DNA from: Marsupella aquatica
Taxonomy: Eukaryota; Plantae; Marchantiophyta
Direction: 5' to 3'
Length of the DNA stretch: 64,000 nucleotides
NCBI GenBank assembly: GCA_973895155.1
Contig: OZ316894.1
Location: forward strand, 1,340,953 to 1,404,952
In this document: piece after piece, positions 60,720-64,000 of the stretch
How the letters are laid out: the number at the start of each line of letters is the position of its first letter
Position numbering within the stretch: position 1 is the first letter of the stretch
The notes under the pieces: model-generated
Database searches by the model: none
What the model was told of the DNA's origin: nothing
Seen by the model: the letters and a program-made list of their open reading frames with translations, nothing else
Position numbers and translations under genes: made by a program

Positions 60720-62030
60720 TATTGGTCATAAAAAAGAATGATTAGTTATCCAAGAAGGACCAACATGATTGTTCTTGTTTGAGGCAAGACAAAGAAAAAC
60801 AACTAGATCCCGTAATTGTAAAAACAATGGAAACTGGAAAGTAACACTTCAAATAAACAAAAGACATGGGTAGAAATGGGGTAAAAGAGAATAACCTTTA
60901 GATGGGTTTTGATTGATATATCAATTTTTCAAGCAAATTCTTTGGAATTTTATTCAATTGATAAATTTTTGAAATAACCATGGATAGAAAGAAACTGTTC
61001 AACTTCTGTAACATTAATTACCATGATAATGTAAGAACTCTTTGGCTATATAGCATGCTCATCCTTGAACATGCTTAATTTTTTTGTCTTGTAGTGATCT
61101 GAAAGTAAATAAAATATGAGAGCATAGAAGTGCTGTTATATAAGGAAAGTGTCTGCCAAGAAAAGCACAGTGACCAAGAAAAGGTACAGTCAAATCATGC
61201 TACGATGTGTGCACTTAACTCAGGGTGCCTTATGAATGACACTCCTTTCAATAAAAACCATAAACCTAGGAAAGAAAAACATGAGGAGAACTTAAGAGAC
61301 TATGCATTCATGTTCTTCAACATCATTTCTCTCACTCGTGGTGGTGGAGCCTTTGGTTTCATCTCTAAGAAAACACATATTGTCAAAGGGGCTGCCAAAA
61401 TAAGTTCAAAACACTCTAGAATACCTCATCCTCAAACTAAAGGGGTCTAAAAATTAATTAAAAATGTATAGAATACAAAGGCTGCCCCTTGATAAGGCAG
61501 ATTGAAATGAGAATACATGACACAAAAATCTGAATAAGACAAAATCTGAAATGTGCATTCACCATATTAGCAGTTTCAAAATCTTAGATCTTATGGACAG
61601 AGGAATACTAAGGGCACATTACTAACCCTTTGGTAACTATGGAGAAATGAAAACCAAAGGAACCTAAGAAACCCTTTGACTTCTATAATGTTTTTGCATG
61701 TATTGTATAGAATGCTACATGAACATATTAGTATCAAGAAACCCTTTGACTTCTATAATGTTTTTGGATGTATTGTATAGAATGCTACATGAACATATTA
61801 GTATAAGGGAATGTTGTGACTAGACTTGTACCATGAATAACCTACTCTTTGTCTGCACTGAAATGGAAAGTGTTCTAACTACCTTCACACCCCCACTTCA
61901 GTTACCATCCTCCATTTAATCTTTCTCATCTCCATAGTCAAACCAATATGGAACTCTTCATCTCTCCAACTTGTTGAATAACATCAAGCTTACATAACCA
62001 AGTGGGTAACCAAGGGGTACTCGATATAAT
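60720..62030 (+). repeat. Family-B repeat interrupted by a family-A repeat (~61100-61570), plus a 70-bp tandem duplication at ~61667-61804
   Basis: Flanks match 25060-25700 collinearly; the middle matches 6190-6770. Confidence 0.65.
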
Positions 62031-62054
62031 TGGACTCTGTTTGAGAGTGAGGAG

Positions 62055-62600
62055 GGATGAACATGCCCGGTTTGACCTTGCCCGTCAAACTGGGCGTTTT
62101 CGAGTGGCAAATTGACAACCCGGCACCCGGGTTCGGAAGCAGTCCGGGAAAGGAAACGTCCGGTTCGGGGTTCGGGTTCGGGAGGAGGTTCGGGAGGGGG
62201 TTCGGGGTGGGGTCCGGGTGGGGTTCGGGTCCGGGAGGCCGGGGTGGGTCCGGGTGGGGTTCAGGGTTCGGGGTCCGGTTCGGGGTTCGGGGTCCGGTTC
62301 GGGGTTGGAAGTTCGAGGTTCGGGATTGAGGCTCGGAGAATTAGGGTTTCGCGATTTAGGGTTGGAGGATGGGGCCGGCCGGGAAAGGGTCGGGGGCTCG
62401 GGAGAGGATAAAAGGAGGAGATCCCTCCTCCCCCTCCTCATTTTTGGTTTTGCAGAAAGGAGGAGGACGAGGAGGAGAGGAGGAGGACGAGGAGGAGAGT
62501 AGGAGAAGAGGAGGAGGAGGTAAGTGTTTGGTTTTGGTTTTTATTTTTTATTTTTGGTTTGTTTTTGTTTGTTTGTGTTTTAAACCCTAACCTTAGAGCC
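62055..62600. repeat. GC-rich low-complexity tract (GGGTTCGG repeats, GGA repeats, T-rich run) preceded by a hairpin; possible left end of a mobile element
   Basis: Abrupt compositional shift at ~62055; GCCCGGTTTGAC-CTTGCCC-GTCAAACTGGGC inverted repeat; many (G)GGTTCGGG units. Confidence 0.6.
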
Positions 62601-63179
62601 AAATGGAGGGATATAAAGAAACACTTGTACGCGCACGCTTTGAGCCTCGGTTCGGTTTGCGATACTCCGTACAAGAATTTCTTAATATCACCTTAAAAAT
62701 TTAGTCTCCTTTGTTCATTAAGTAAAACATTTGAGGAGATAGAGGAATCCATGTACGCATGCTTAGAGTTTCGGCTCGGTCTGCGATACTTTGCATGGAT
62801 ACCACGATTCGCCGAGAATGTTTTTACTTGAATTACAAATGAGTGTTAAGTTATAGACACCAAATCACATATGTCAAAGCAGGAATATAACAACTTTGAA
62901 AGAAAAGAACACTTTTGTGCGCATGCTTTGAGCGTCCGCTCGGTCTGCGATATTTCACAACTGTTGTCTTTCTCTTTTATTGTTGTTATATTGAAAGGTA
63001 ATTAAAATCATGTGTGCAATAAAAATACATAATGCATGGGAGAAACAAACCGGGAAAAGATAATAACAATACGACTTGTAATTTTCAGGTTGGTCGTTGA
63101 ATCCTTATTGGAAGGATTTTATTTAAATCCCGGTAAGATCTTGTTCCTCCCTCACATATTCCTTTTGTGAAGGGAAAAC

Positions 63180-64000
63180 ATGGCCATCGAAAATTTTAGT
63201 TTAGAGTATAGGCAAGTGTTGGAGATGATCACAAAACATGTGAATGAGGGATATGAGCCGAATCTTGTTGCTCTGGATGCATTGAAGAACGCTCGAAACA
63301 CTCTCGAACATGCTAGGAATTCTAGCAAAGTGGCCGGGAAACAAAAATGGAAGGGGGCAAACGAAGAGGCAAAACAGGTTCGACACAATGTGGTAGTGTC
63401 GATATGGAAAGAGATACTTTATCGCTACACTCAACCGAAACAGTATGGGGTGGACGGGTTCGAGAGGGAGTTCACAAGACACGGAGAGAAAGGATACAAG
63501 AACTTTCTTGGTGAGATAACCCGTTGTATGCGGGAAAGTGTACAAAAGGAGGACAATTTCACACGAGAGCAAATGAAGTCATTTGAAGATGAAACTGAGA
63601 AACCGGGAGGATTTCTGGAAAATTTGACACTCAACTTGGAGAAGCATGTTTGGGATAATTTGGCAGCCAAAGTGGAAGAGGGTGACACTACATTGCTTGG
63701 AAACCCCGGGATGTACACACACAAGAGAGAATTGCTAGCGAAGTGGAGTAAGGAGTTGGCAATGGCGAAATCTGATAGCAATGTCAAATATGCTAACGAG
63801 ATTGTGCACTTTGGGGATGTCAGCATCAAAAGTGCTCGAAAAGGAACACGTCCATCGCGTGTAGTTCCAGAGGTTAGGAGTATCCATTTTCTTAAACCTG
63901 AGCAGGTGCACAACACACATCGCATTGGGAAAGGAATCCAAGGAGAGGTATACACTTGTCGTATATTACATTGTCCTCTCATTCCCGTCAACGTGACCTT
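63180..64000 (+). CDS. Partial ORF (273 codons, open at window end): helical-looking N-terminal region followed by a probable protein-kinase N-lobe
   Basis: Manual translation from ATG 63180 has no stop up to 64000 (absent from the ORF track) and ends ...FLKPEQVHNTHRIGKGIQGEVYTCRI..., a GxGxxGxVY glycine-rich loop. Confidence 0.6.
   Translation, partial: MAIENFSLEYRQVLEMITKHVNEGYEPNLVALDALKNARNTLEHARNSSKVAGKQKWKGANEEAKQVRHNVVVSIWKEILYRYTQPKQYGVDGFEREFTRHGEKGYKNFLGEITRCMRESVQKEDNFTREQMKSFEDETEKPGGFLENLTLNLEKHVWDNLAAKVEEGDTTLLGNPGMYTHKRELLAKWSKELAMAKSDSNVKYANEIVHFGDVSIKSARKGTRPSRVVPEVRSIHFLKPEQVHNTHRIGKGIQGEVYTCRILHCPLIPVNVT

Noticed and set aside
62057-62674. Gly/Arg/Pro-rich ORFs in several frames
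   Set aside because: Artefacts of GC-rich low-complexity repeats lacking stop codons.

Overview
Eukaryotic land-plant genomic DNA with GT-AG spliced genes in a TE-rich background; a non-seed plant such as a liverwort is my inference. Host genes: (1) a receptor-like kinase with two tandem phytocyanin/ENODL-like ectodomain modules on a WAK-type RD kinase (minus, ~8.6-14.2 kb); (2) an intronless cupin that reads like an ascomycete protein (candidate horizontal transfer); (3) an intronless calnexin; (4) a six-exon PRORP (protein-only RNase P); (5) a degenerate multi-exon gene of unknown family; (6) an ORF missed by the track, running off the right edge into a kinase-like Gly-rich loop. Mobile DNA: a minisatellite-filled non-autonomous Helitron, two tRNA-derived SINEs with TSDs, a decayed L1-type LINE, LTR-like and Copia remnants, and a complete 9.7-kb Kolobok-type DNA transposon (TTAA TSD, 19-bp perfect TIRs). 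The Kolobok has an intact six-exon 764-aa DDE transposase with a Rho-N/HeH-like insert and two diverged convergent KolX-like genes. Each KolX-like gene is followed by a ~46-nt anticodon-less tRNA-like structure with a compensatory base change; this is the best candidate for an undescribed system. Family assignments rest on motif recognition by eye; no database searches were run.
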